This document shows positions 56,723 to 64,000 of a DNA stretch of 64,000 bases, in pieces. The notes beneath the pieces are model-generated. The model did not search any database. It saw only the letters and a list, made by a program, of their open reading frames with translations, and was not told where the DNA came from. The translations under genes and the position numbers were made by a program. How positions within the stretch are numbered: the first letter of the stretch is position 1; every line of letters begins with the position of its first letter. The stretch covers positions 989 through 64,988 of the forward strand of contig JAFTMG010000024.1 in NCBI GenBank assembly GCA_017452525.1, read 5' to 3'. Origin of the DNA: Clostridia bacterium. Lineage in GTDB: Bacteria; Bacillota; Clostridia; Oscillospirales; CAG-272.

Positions 56723-59101
56723 ATGAAAATCATCCAAACATTGAACGAAGGTTGGAATTTAACCATCGTTCCCAACGAAACGTTGAGAGCGGACCGCTTT
56801 GATCCCGAACGGATCGATGAAATTCTGAACAGCCCTTACGAAACGGTCCCCGCCGCGGTTCCCGGAAATTTCGAGTTGGATCTACTCCGTGCAGGCAGGA
56901 TCGACGATCCCTTTTACAGCACCAACATTCTCAAACTGCAGGAGCTGGAGAACCGCCATCTGTTTTACACGCTGACCTTTGACGCACCCGAAGCACCAAC
57001 GCCATCCACGTCTTATATCGACGGAGAATACGTCACCTACGATGCCAATATGCCGATCCTGCGCTTTGAGGGAATCGACACCATCGCGAAGATCACCCTG
57101 AACGGCACCTACGTCGGATATACCGAAAATATGTTTCTTCCCACGGAGTGCCCCTGCCCCAATCTGAAAGCGCATGGAAACGAGCTGATCGTTCATATTT
57201 TCCCCACCTGCATCGCCGCCCGAGCTCACCGTCTCACGCCGTCAAGCTTCGCGCAATTCTACAATTACGCCTCCCTTTCCGTCCGCAAGGCTGCCTATAT
57301 GTTTGGCTGGGACATCATGCCCCGCGCCGTGTCGGGCGGTATATGGAAGTCCGTTTACCTGATTGAAAAGCAGGCAGAACGGTTGGAGGACACCTATCTT
57401 TTCGTCACTTCGCTGGACGCGGAACAGCGTACTGCCAAGCTTGATCTCTTCTATCAGATCCAAACCGAGCGGGACAACCTCCGCTCTTTGAAAATCACGG
57501 TGGACGGTCAGTGCGGAAATTCCACCTTCCACGCGGAGCAAGCGCCGTGGCACGTGGCGGAGCATTGCCGTTTTGTCGTCAAGGATGCCCTGCTTTGGTA
57601 TCCCAAAAACGCGGGAGAGCCACACCTCTACCGCGTCAAGATCGGTCTGTGGCACGGGGATCAGCTGATCGACGAGAAGGAATTTGATTTTGGAATCCGT
57701 ACCGTGGAATTGGTTCGCACCTCCACCATCGACAAAGACGGAAACGGCGACTTCCATTTCCGTGTCAACGGCAAAAAAATATTCATCATGGGCACCAACT
57801 GGGTACCGCTGGACCCCTATCCGTCTCAAAACGGAAAGCGTATGCCGCGGGCACTCGCACTTCTGGATGACATCGGCGTCAATATGGTACGTCTTTGGGG
57901 CGGCAACATTTACGAGGAAGAAGCGTTCTTCGAGTTCTGCGACCGCCACGGCATTCTGGTCTGGCACGATTTTGCCATGGGATGTGCCGTTTATCCTCAA
58001 AACGAGCTGTTCCAGCTGAAGATCCGGGAAGAAGCGACCGCTATCGTCCGAAGCACACGCCAACATGCATGTATCGCGCTGTGGGCGGGCGACAATGAAT
58101 GTGATCTCGCATTCAGCTGGGGTGGGCTGCGCCGCGATCCCAATTTCAACTTGCTGACCCGCAAAATCTTAGCAGACGTGATCCGCGAAGAAGACCCGGT
58201 GCGCCCCTATCTTCCCTCCTCCCCATATCTGGATCAACACGCCTACGATTCCCACGAAAAGCTCAGTGAGGATCATCTTTGGGGTCCACGCGACTACTTC
58301 AAGAGCAATTTTTATAAAAACGCGGCCTGTGCCTTCGCCTCCGAGACAGGCTATCACGGCTGTCCTTCCCCCGAATCGCTGAAGAAATACATTCGCCCCG
58401 AGCAGCTTTATCCCATCACGGATGAGGATGGCAAGGTATGGGACGATTGGAAGGTAAAAGCCTCCGCCATGGAGCTTCGTGAGGGCGCGCCCTACACTTA
58501 TCGCATCCCACTGATGACCTCGCAGGTCGTTACCATGTTCGGCGCCCTCCCCGATACACTGGAGGATTACGCCCGCATGTCTCAGGTCTCACAGGCGGAG
58601 GCAAAGAAATACTTTATCGAGCGCTTCCGCATTGGAAAATGGAAACGGACCGGTATCATCTGGTGGAACTTGCTGGACGGCTGTCCGCAGATCTCGGATG
58701 CCGTGGTGGATTACTATTTTGTCAAAAAGCTGGCATATTCTTATATTCGTCGGGTCCAGGCGCCGATCTGTCTGATGATGGACGAGGCGAACGCGGGTGA
58801 ACACGCGTTGTATGCAGTCAACGATACCCCCGTCTCCACCAAGATCACCTATCGCCTCCGCGAGCTTTACAGCGGTCGCGTGATCCATAGCGAAACCGTG
58901 ACCGCGGAGTCCGACGCGTCGACGCCCATTCTCCGCATTCCCGCAACTGAGGATGAAGATCTCTTCTACGTGATGGAGTGGGATACCGCCAACGGTCAGC
59001 ACGGCAGCAACCATTATATGACCAAGACCCAAAATATCGATTACCTCAAAGTCTTGAAGGCGCTGAAGGAATGCGGCTACGATTGTTTTGAAGGATTTTG
59101 A
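56723..59101 (+). CDS. Glycoside hydrolase family 2 (beta-mannosidase-like)
   Basis: F.GIDT, RKA.Y.FGWD, G.NWVP.D, RLWGGN.YE, WAGDNE (acid/base), SETG (nucleophile); no signal peptide. Confidence 0.9.
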   Translation: MKIIQTLNEGWNLTIVPNETLRADRFDPERIDEILNSPYETVPAAVPGNFELDLLRAGRIDDPFYSTNILKLQELENRHLFYTLTFDAPEAPTPSTSYIDGEYVTYDANMPILRFEGIDTIAKITLNGTYVGYTENMFLPTECPCPNLKAHGNELIVHIFPTCIAARAHRLTPSSFAQFYNYASLSVRKAAYMFGWDIMPRAVSGGIWKSVYLIEKQAERLEDTYLFVTSLDAEQRTAKLDLFYQIQTERDNLRSLKITVDGQCGNSTFHAEQAPWHVAEHCRFVVKDALLWYPKNAGEPHLYRVKIGLWHGDQLIDEKEFDFGIRTVELVRTSTIDKDGNGDFHFRVNGKKIFIMGTNWVPLDPYPSQNGKRMPRALALLDDIGVNMVRLWGGNIYEEEAFFEFCDRHGILVWHDFAMGCAVYPQNELFQLKIREEATAIVRSTRQHACIALWAGDNECDLAFSWGGLRRDPNFNLLTRKILADVIREEDPVRPYLPSSPYLDQHAYDSHEKLSEDHLWGPRDYFKSNFYKNAACAFASETGYHGCPSPESLKKYIRPEQLYPITDEDGKVWDDWKVKASAMELREGAPYTYRIPLMTSQVVTMFGALPDTLEDYARMSQVSQAEAKKYFIERFRIGKWKRTGIIWWNLLDGCPQISDAVVDYYFVKKLAYSYIRRVQAPICLMMDEANAGEHALYAVNDTPVSTKITYRLRELYSGRVIHSETVTAESDASTPILRIPATEDEDLFYVMEWDTANGQHGSNHYMTKTQNIDYLKVLKALKECGYDCFEGF

Positions 59102-59173
59102 ACCGAGAACTTGTATTTTATGCCGGAATCTGTTACAATATAAAGGTAAATATCATTTAAAGGAATCGATCAA

Positions 59174-60586
59174 ATGAGAAAAACAAAAATTGTATGCACC
59201 ATCGGTCCCGCCAGCTGTTCCCCCGAGATACTGCGACAAATGTGCCTCGCGGGCATGAACGTAGCTCGCCTGAACTTCTCGCACGGCACACAGGCGGAGC
59301 ATCTGGAAAAAATCAATACCATCAAAAAGGTCCGTGAGGAGCTGGGACTCCCCATTGCCATCATGCTGGACACCAAGGGGCCCGAATACCGTATCAAAAC
59401 CTTTGAGGCGGGAAAAGTCACACTCAAGGAAGGCGACCTCTTCACTTTTACCTCCGAGGAGATCATTGGCAACGATCAGCGCGTCTCGGTCAACTACCGG
59501 GGGCTTGTCGCCGATCTGCAGGTCGGTGACCGGATCCTGTTGAACAACGGTCTGATGGTTTTTGAGGTTGAAAGACTGACCGACGTGGATGCCGTTTGCC
59601 GCGTAATCGTCGGCGGAGAGCTTTCCGACCGCAAGAGCATGAGCTTCCCCAACAAGGTGCTCAAGCAAGTCTATCTGAGCGAGCAGGATAAGAGCGACCT
59701 GCTGTTCGGCATCGAACAGGACGTGGATTTCATCGCCTGCTCCTTCGTTTCCGAGAAACAGAATCTTTTGGATGTCCGTGAGTTTTTGTCCGCGCACGGC
59801 GGAGACCATATTGACTTGATCGCGAAAATCGAAAACCGCTCGGGTGTGGATCACATCGAAGAGATCTGCGATGTCTGCGACGGCATTATGATCGGTCGCG
59901 GCGATATGGGAGTGGAGATCCCGTTTGAGGAGCTGCCCGCCATTCAGAAATATCTGATCACAAAGTGCCGGTTGCTGGGCAAACGCGTCATTACCGCAAC
60001 GGAAATGCTGGAATCCATGATCAACAACGCGCGTCCCACCAGAGCGGAGATCTCGGACGTAGCAAACGCCGTATACGACGGCACCAGTGCCGTGATGCTC
60101 TCGGGCGAGACCGCCGCAGGCAAACACCCCGTGCTGGTTATTGAAACCATGGCACGTATTGTCGAGCAGGCAGAACAAAATATCCATTACGCCCAGCGCT
60201 TCCGCACGGCAGAGTTCAAGATCAAAAATACTGTGGACGCCATCTCTCACGCCACCTGCGGTATGGCGATCGACATCGGTGCCAAAGTCATCGCCGTTTG
60301 TTCCCTTTCGGGCATGACCGTTCGCATGGTCTCACGTTTCCGCGCCCCCGTGGATATTCTGGGGATGACCACCGATGAGCGCACGTATCGCAAGCTTGCG
60401 CTGTCCTGGGCGGTGACTCCCACCATCTGCGAGAAGTTCAATTCCACCGACGTTCTCTTCTACGCGGCACAAAAGGAAGCACGCCGCATGATGAATCTGA
60501 CAGAGGGTGACAAGATCATCATCACCGGTGGTATCACCAACGGTGAATCGGGAAATACCAATCTGATCAAAGTAGAATATATCTAA
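59174..60586 (+). CDS. pyk: Pyruvate kinase
   Basis: RKTKIVCTIGP, RLNFSHG, DTKGPE, KIEN, RGDMGVE, PTRAE.SDV.NA, LSGETA; promoter TTGTAT-17-TACAAT at 59111-59139. Confidence 0.98.
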   Translation: MRKTKIVCTIGPASCSPEILRQMCLAGMNVARLNFSHGTQAEHLEKINTIKKVREELGLPIAIMLDTKGPEYRIKTFEAGKVTLKEGDLFTFTSEEIIGNDQRVSVNYRGLVADLQVGDRILLNNGLMVFEVERLTDVDAVCRVIVGGELSDRKSMSFPNKVLKQVYLSEQDKSDLLFGIEQDVDFIACSFVSEKQNLLDVREFLSAHGGDHIDLIAKIENRSGVDHIEEICDVCDGIMIGRGDMGVEIPFEELPAIQKYLITKCRLLGKRVITATEMLESMINNARPTRAEISDVANAVYDGTSAVMLSGETAAGKHPVLVIETMARIVEQAEQNIHYAQRFRTAEFKIKNTVDAISHATCGMAIDIGAKVIAVCSLSGMTVRMVSRFRAPVDILGMTTDERTYRKLALSWAVTPTICEKFNSTDVLFYAAQKEARRMMNLTEGDKIIITGGITNGESGNTNLIKVEYI

Positions 60587-60587
60587 A

Positions 60588-60629
60588 GAAACAACCGGTC
60601 TCGGAGTATCATCCAAGACCGGTTGTTTC
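60588..60629. terminator. Hairpin between convergent genes
   Basis: GAAACAACCGGTCT / AGACCGGTTGTTTC. Confidence 0.72.
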
Positions 60630-60636
60630 CGTGGTA

Positions 60637-61170
60637 TCATGTTGCCTTTTCGTTTTCCACGGTGATCTGGCACGCTTTCATGGCAGAGAGCGCCGTCTCG
60701 TGGCTCTGCGGTGTCACACCGGCACAGCAATCGGCATCTACGACAATGTCCACCTCAGGGAGAGCCGCCTTTATCAACATAGCGTTGGAAATCACACAAA
60801 TATCCGTGCAAAGTCCAATCAATGTAACACTTGCGAGGGGATCCTTCTCATGCATGGCAAGCAGATTCTCCACAAGACGCAAGGAGCCGAAGGTCGGCTT
60901 ATCCACTACAAGATCTGCGCGAAGCGATCTCAACTCGGGATGAAGCTGCCAGCCGTCCGTACCGCGGATGCAGTGTGGGATCGGCAAATATTTCCCTTCT
61001 CTGGTCTCCATATAGTCCGCTTCATGGGTGTCGCGGGTATAGATCACCTTTCCGTCAAAGTTCCCGATCTTTTCCTTGACGCGCGGCACGATCTCACATG
61101 CCTCTTTCGTTCCGAGCGCACCGCAGATAAAATCGACCTGCATATCCACAACGATCAGAATATTTTGCAT
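60637..61170 (-). CDS. Isochorismatase/nicotinamidase-family cysteine hydrolase
   Basis: VVDMQ.DF..G.L, DTH, HC..GT.G, K, GLCTDICV. Confidence 0.9.
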   Translation of the reverse strand: MQNILIVVDMQVDFICGALGTKEACEIVPRVKEKIGNFDGKVIYTRDTHEADYMETREGKYLPIPHCIRGTDGWQLHPELRSLRADLVVDKPTFGSLRLVENLLAMHEKDPLASVTLIGLCTDICVISNAMLIKAALPEVDIVVDADCCAGVTPQSHETALSAMKACQITVENEKAT

Positions 61171-61179
61171 ATCATCACC

Positions 61180-61467
61180 TCATTCATAACAGAATTTGCA
61201 ATTCGGACATTTCGGGTAATCAAAATCATGCACCGTGCCGCAGCGCGGACACGTCTTTTGGGGCAGCTCATCATCTGTCGCGATATTCTCACCGGCATAG
61301 AACTCCAGCTTTTTGCAGGACGGACAGATATAGATCACTACCTTCATTGCCCCGGCAATCAAATTCGGAAGATCGCCCAATATCCACCCGGTCTTTCCCA
61401 GCTGCAAATATTCCTCCGACAAAAAATTCATTTCCGTATCGCATCGCAGACAAGTCAACGGCTTCAT
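61180..61467 (-). CDS. Small double zinc-ribbon protein
   Basis: Four CxxC motifs (CLRC, CPSC, CPRC, CPNC); GGAGGAG RBS; upstream TTGTAT-17-TATAAT. Confidence 0.75.
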   Translation of the reverse strand: MKPLTCLRCDTEMNFLSEEYLQLGKTGWILGDLPNLIAGAMKVVIYICPSCKKLEFYAGENIATDDELPQKTCPRCGTVHDFDYPKCPNCKFCYE

Positions 61468-61712
61468 GCTCTCTCCTCCGATTCCCCTCTTTCGCGAAGA
61501 GTAGTAGATTTTGATCTCATTATAGCACAGACCTTTGAAAAATACAAGCCTCTTTTATAGAGTACGTCGCCTGTGTATCCGGTATATGAAAATAACCGCA
61601 GAATGTTTTCGTTTCCTGTAATTATGGTTTGACAGTCTTATGGATCCATTCTGCATAAAATGCAGAAAAAGATTCATCATGCAATAACCGCTTGAAAAAT
61701 TGATAGATAAAG

Positions 61713-61741
61713 AAAAGGAGCTAAAAACATTAGCTCCTTTT
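61713..61741 (-). terminator. Terminator immediately after tRNA-Ser
   Basis: AAAAGGAGCTAA / TTAGCTCCTTTT followed by a U-rich tail on the minus strand. Confidence 0.75.
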
Positions 61742-61829
61742 GGCGGAGAGAGAGGGATTCGAACCCTCGTGTGCTTGCGCACAAACTGATTTCGAGTCAG
61801 CCCCGTTATGACCACTTCGATATCTCTCC
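61741..61829 (-). tRNA. tRNA-Ser(CGA)
   Basis: GGAGAGATATCGAAGTGGTCATAACGGGGCTGACT-CGA-AATCAG, long variable arm, GGTTCGAATCC, G discriminator and encoded CCA; 89 nt. Confidence 0.96.
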
Positions 61830-62026
61830 ATATTCAATTTACAGAAAGATTCGACTCGAAATCAAATTGATTTCGATGTCAGCATGCGTTGCATGCAACG
61901 CGGTTATGACCACTTCGATATCTCTCCATATTCAATTTACGGAAAGATTCGACTCGAAATCAAATTGTTTTCGATGTCAGCATGCGTTGCATGCAACGCG
62001 GTTATGACCACTTCGATATCTCTCCA
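61805..62026. repeat. Tandem 98-bp tRNA-derived repeat (2 units plus a 26-bp partial)
   Basis: Units start at 61805, 61903 and 62001; the two full units differ at 2 positions; each includes the first 25 nt of the tRNA. Confidence 0.93.
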
Positions 62027-62061
62027 AAATATAACGCTGTGATTGGCTCACAGCGTTATAT

Positions 62062-62090
62062 ATTATAACACAACAATCCGAAAAAAGCAA
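62062..62090 (-). promoter_or_regulatory. sigma-A promoter of the tRNA-Ser transcript
   Basis: Minus strand TTGCTT-17-TATAAT with TG extension. Confidence 0.65.
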
Positions 62091-62128
62091 GAGCAAAAGC
62101 AAAAATTCTTTACTTCTCCGTCGTTTTT

Positions 62129-63589
62129 TTACGCGAAATACTCCTCGGCTTCATACACGTAGATATTGCCGTAGCTCCAATTATACCCGCTTCCGTTGTG
62201 GCGGTCAAAGGTGATCCAGAAATACCGTTTACGGCTGCCGATATCCACGCCGATCACGCTTCCCCAACCTCGGAAGCCACCGTCATCGAAATTGCACTTC
62301 AAATGATCACACCTGGAGAAATCGTCATAGGGGTATACGTCATAAAGGGCGCGACTCTTGAAGTCTGTGCCGCAGGCAAAATAGTATTTGCCCTCAAAGG
62401 GGATCATCAAGCCGCCGGTCTTCCCTCCCGTAGGGGTACGGTCTGCGAACGTAAAACCGTCCAGCGGGGAATCGGACACAAAGCGATAATAATGATATCC
62501 GTCCTCCGGCTCCAAACGGCAAACCGTCAGATGCCATTTGCCGTCAATCAAGGCAAGATCAGGATCCTCGTCCCCCTTGATCCCGGCAAACGCCGTGCGG
62601 TCAGCGCCGTCCCACGTCGGCAGCAGCGCCACGTCCACGATCTGTATGCCGTATCGGGGATCTCCCTTCAGCCTTCCCCGCGCAAGCACGTGCCCGTGTG
62701 AGAAGGAACAGACCCATAGATACCACTCCCGCGCGCGACGGTCATAAACGACCGATGCGGCAACGTCGTTGCAACATTGCCCGTCGCCGGTATCAAAAAA
62801 CATGGCACCCTCCATGCGGAAATCACAGAGTGAGGGATTCCACGACATGATGCCCTGATAGCATCCGACCTCAAGACGGGCGGAAAAGGTGATGAACAGC
62901 CTCCCACCTTCCATCACGGGCGTGCCGTCCTCATAGGTCATCGGCTTCATGTCCGCCTGGCTGATACCGCCGCAGAGATAGCTTTCCACCTGCCGATAAG
63001 CGGCTTTTCCCTTGGGATACACACGCGTGGTTACCCCAACCGTTGCCGAAGCGTGTACCCGATAAGAAAGATATTCCGTCAGCAGATCCAGCGGCACGTC
63101 GCCGATCAGCTCGGGGCGATTGCCGTGATCCGCATAGATGCTGACGCCGCCCGCGCGGAAGGTCACGATCACCGTATCCGACACGCTGAAACGGCAAGGC
63201 AGGTGAACACAAGCGTCACCTCCCTGAACAACGATCTCCTGCCCGCGGCAAAGCATAACGGAAATGCGGCGCTCGCCCGCGCGGTCACAGACCGTAAGCC
63301 CCATGTCACACGCGGCGGGATCCGCCGCGATTTGGAAAGCATAGGTATAATATGGGAAAAAGGCACCGAGCAGGCGGGTGATCTCCCCGCCCTCCTCGGA
63401 TGTTAACAGATAAGAGGCATCCGATATCTGCTCCGTCATATCCCCTCGGCGGTGCAGTACAGGATAAGGATCACCGCGCTGATCGTTGACCCAATCCTTA
63501 TACATGCTCATCTCGCCCACAGGCAATTTCAGCGTCTGATATAAATTGACTGAAAATTTTCTTTGGAAGAAGAGCTCATGAAGCTTCAT
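62129..63589 (-). CDS. Hypothetical protein, possible beta-propeller glycoside hydrolase
   Basis: GAGGTG RBS before MKLHEL; C-terminal half rich in aromatic/acidic beta-strand motifs (NDVAAS..YDR, EDPDL). Confidence 0.55.
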   Translation of the reverse strand: MKLHELFFQRKFSVNLYQTLKLPVGEMSMYKDWVNDQRGDPYPVLHRRGDMTEQISDASYLLTSEEGGEITRLLGAFFPYYTYAFQIAADPAACDMGLTVCDRAGERRISVMLCRGQEIVVQGGDACVHLPCRFSVSDTVIVTFRAGGVSIYADHGNRPELIGDVPLDLLTEYLSYRVHASATVGVTTRVYPKGKAAYRQVESYLCGGISQADMKPMTYEDGTPVMEGGRLFITFSARLEVGCYQGIMSWNPSLCDFRMEGAMFFDTGDGQCCNDVAASVVYDRRAREWYLWVCSFSHGHVLARGRLKGDPRYGIQIVDVALLPTWDGADRTAFAGIKGDEDPDLALIDGKWHLTVCRLEPEDGYHYYRFVSDSPLDGFTFADRTPTGGKTGGLMIPFEGKYYFACGTDFKSRALYDVYPYDDFSRCDHLKCNFDDGGFRGWGSVIGVDIGSRKRYFWITFDRHNGSGYNWSYGNIYVYEAEEYFA

Positions 63590-63603
63590 GGCAGACACCT
63601 CGT

Positions 63604-64000
63604 TTACTCCGCCTCTTTGATGCCGTAAAAATGGATCACGTTCATATCCTCGGGCATATCCAATCCGTGAGAACCGCACTCGGCGTCGATCTCATGGCAG
63701 CCGTGATCGGGGCAAAAACCGTAGAACACGCGATGGTTCTTCCAGCACTGACGGATCTTTTCGACCAGCGCGGCGTAAAAGTCCACGTTCTGCTGTAAAG
63801 CCGCCAGCGCCGCGGGAGATTCTGTCCCGCATTTATGCATCGTTCCGTCGTAATTGCCGTTATAGATGGCGATCAGATCAAAGCGATCCTCCTCGATCAG
63901 CTCCATCGCCTTGCAGTTGACCTCGTCCACGGTGGGATAGATATAATATTCCATCTCCCGCTCCAAAAAGATCTTGGAGATACTGTCCCCCGCGGTCGAC
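63604..64000 (-). CDS. Alkaline-phosphatase-superfamily protein, C-terminal part (5' end outside window)
   Basis: YD.TMH..G, PDHG.H and HG metal-ligand pattern of the AlkP/NPP fold. Confidence 0.65.
   Translation of the reverse strand, partial: STAGDSISKIFLEREMEYYIYPTVDEVNCKAMELIEEDRFDLIAIYNGNYDGTMHKCGTESPAALAALQQNVDFYAALVEKIRQCWKNHRVFYGFCPDHGCHEIDAECGSHGLDMPEDMNVIHFYGIKEAE

Noticed and set aside
61555-62007. Short ORFs overlapping the tRNA and its repeats
   Set aside because: They are translations of tRNA/repeat sequence with no RBS or coding signal.
61805-62026. Mini CRISPR array (25-26-nt repeats with about 73-nt spacers)
   Set aside because: The spacers are near-identical to each other, the repeat is the tRNA 5' end, and there are no cas genes.
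61468-62128. tRNA-Ser as attachment site of an integrated element
   Set aside because: No integrase and no duplicated tRNA 3' end in the window; a terminator follows the CCA directly.

Overview
Chromosomal window from a moderately GC-rich, spore-forming Clostridia-class Firmicute (dipicolinate synthase spoVFAB with a sigK-like promoter, ylxM-ffh-rpsP-khpA, ECF module, many near-consensus sigma-A promoters and intrinsic terminators). It is mostly housekeeping: ruvC, ecfA1A2T, truA, clpE-like ATPase, nrdR, comEC, glpK, tsaE/tsaB, rpiB, ispD/ispF, rpe, ackA, an EF-G paralog, tatD, metG, nagA, pyk and tRNA-Ser(CGA). I see no integrase, transposase, phage structural gene or CRISPR-Cas. The most unusual items: (1) an open frame of at least 715 codons at the left edge, absent from the ORF track, that keeps the type II P-type ATPase scaffold but has lost every catalytic motif and most of the N-domain; (2) two 98-bp tRNA-derived palindromic repeats between the tRNA-Ser promoter and the tRNA, each starting with the tRNA's first 25 nt and carrying a 12-nt antisense copy of its anticodon arm; (3) a non-phage XRE/S24 self-cleaving repressor divergent from a small membrane-protein gene, resembling the lexA-yneA layout; (4) a tight cluster of nucleotide-acting enzymes with a GrpB-pyrophosphatase-GNAT-GNAT fusion; (5) orphan catabolic loci (AraC/SDR/AroD-like/QOR and SIS/G1PDH-like/DeoR/GH2). 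All family calls come from reading motifs by eye, not from database searches.
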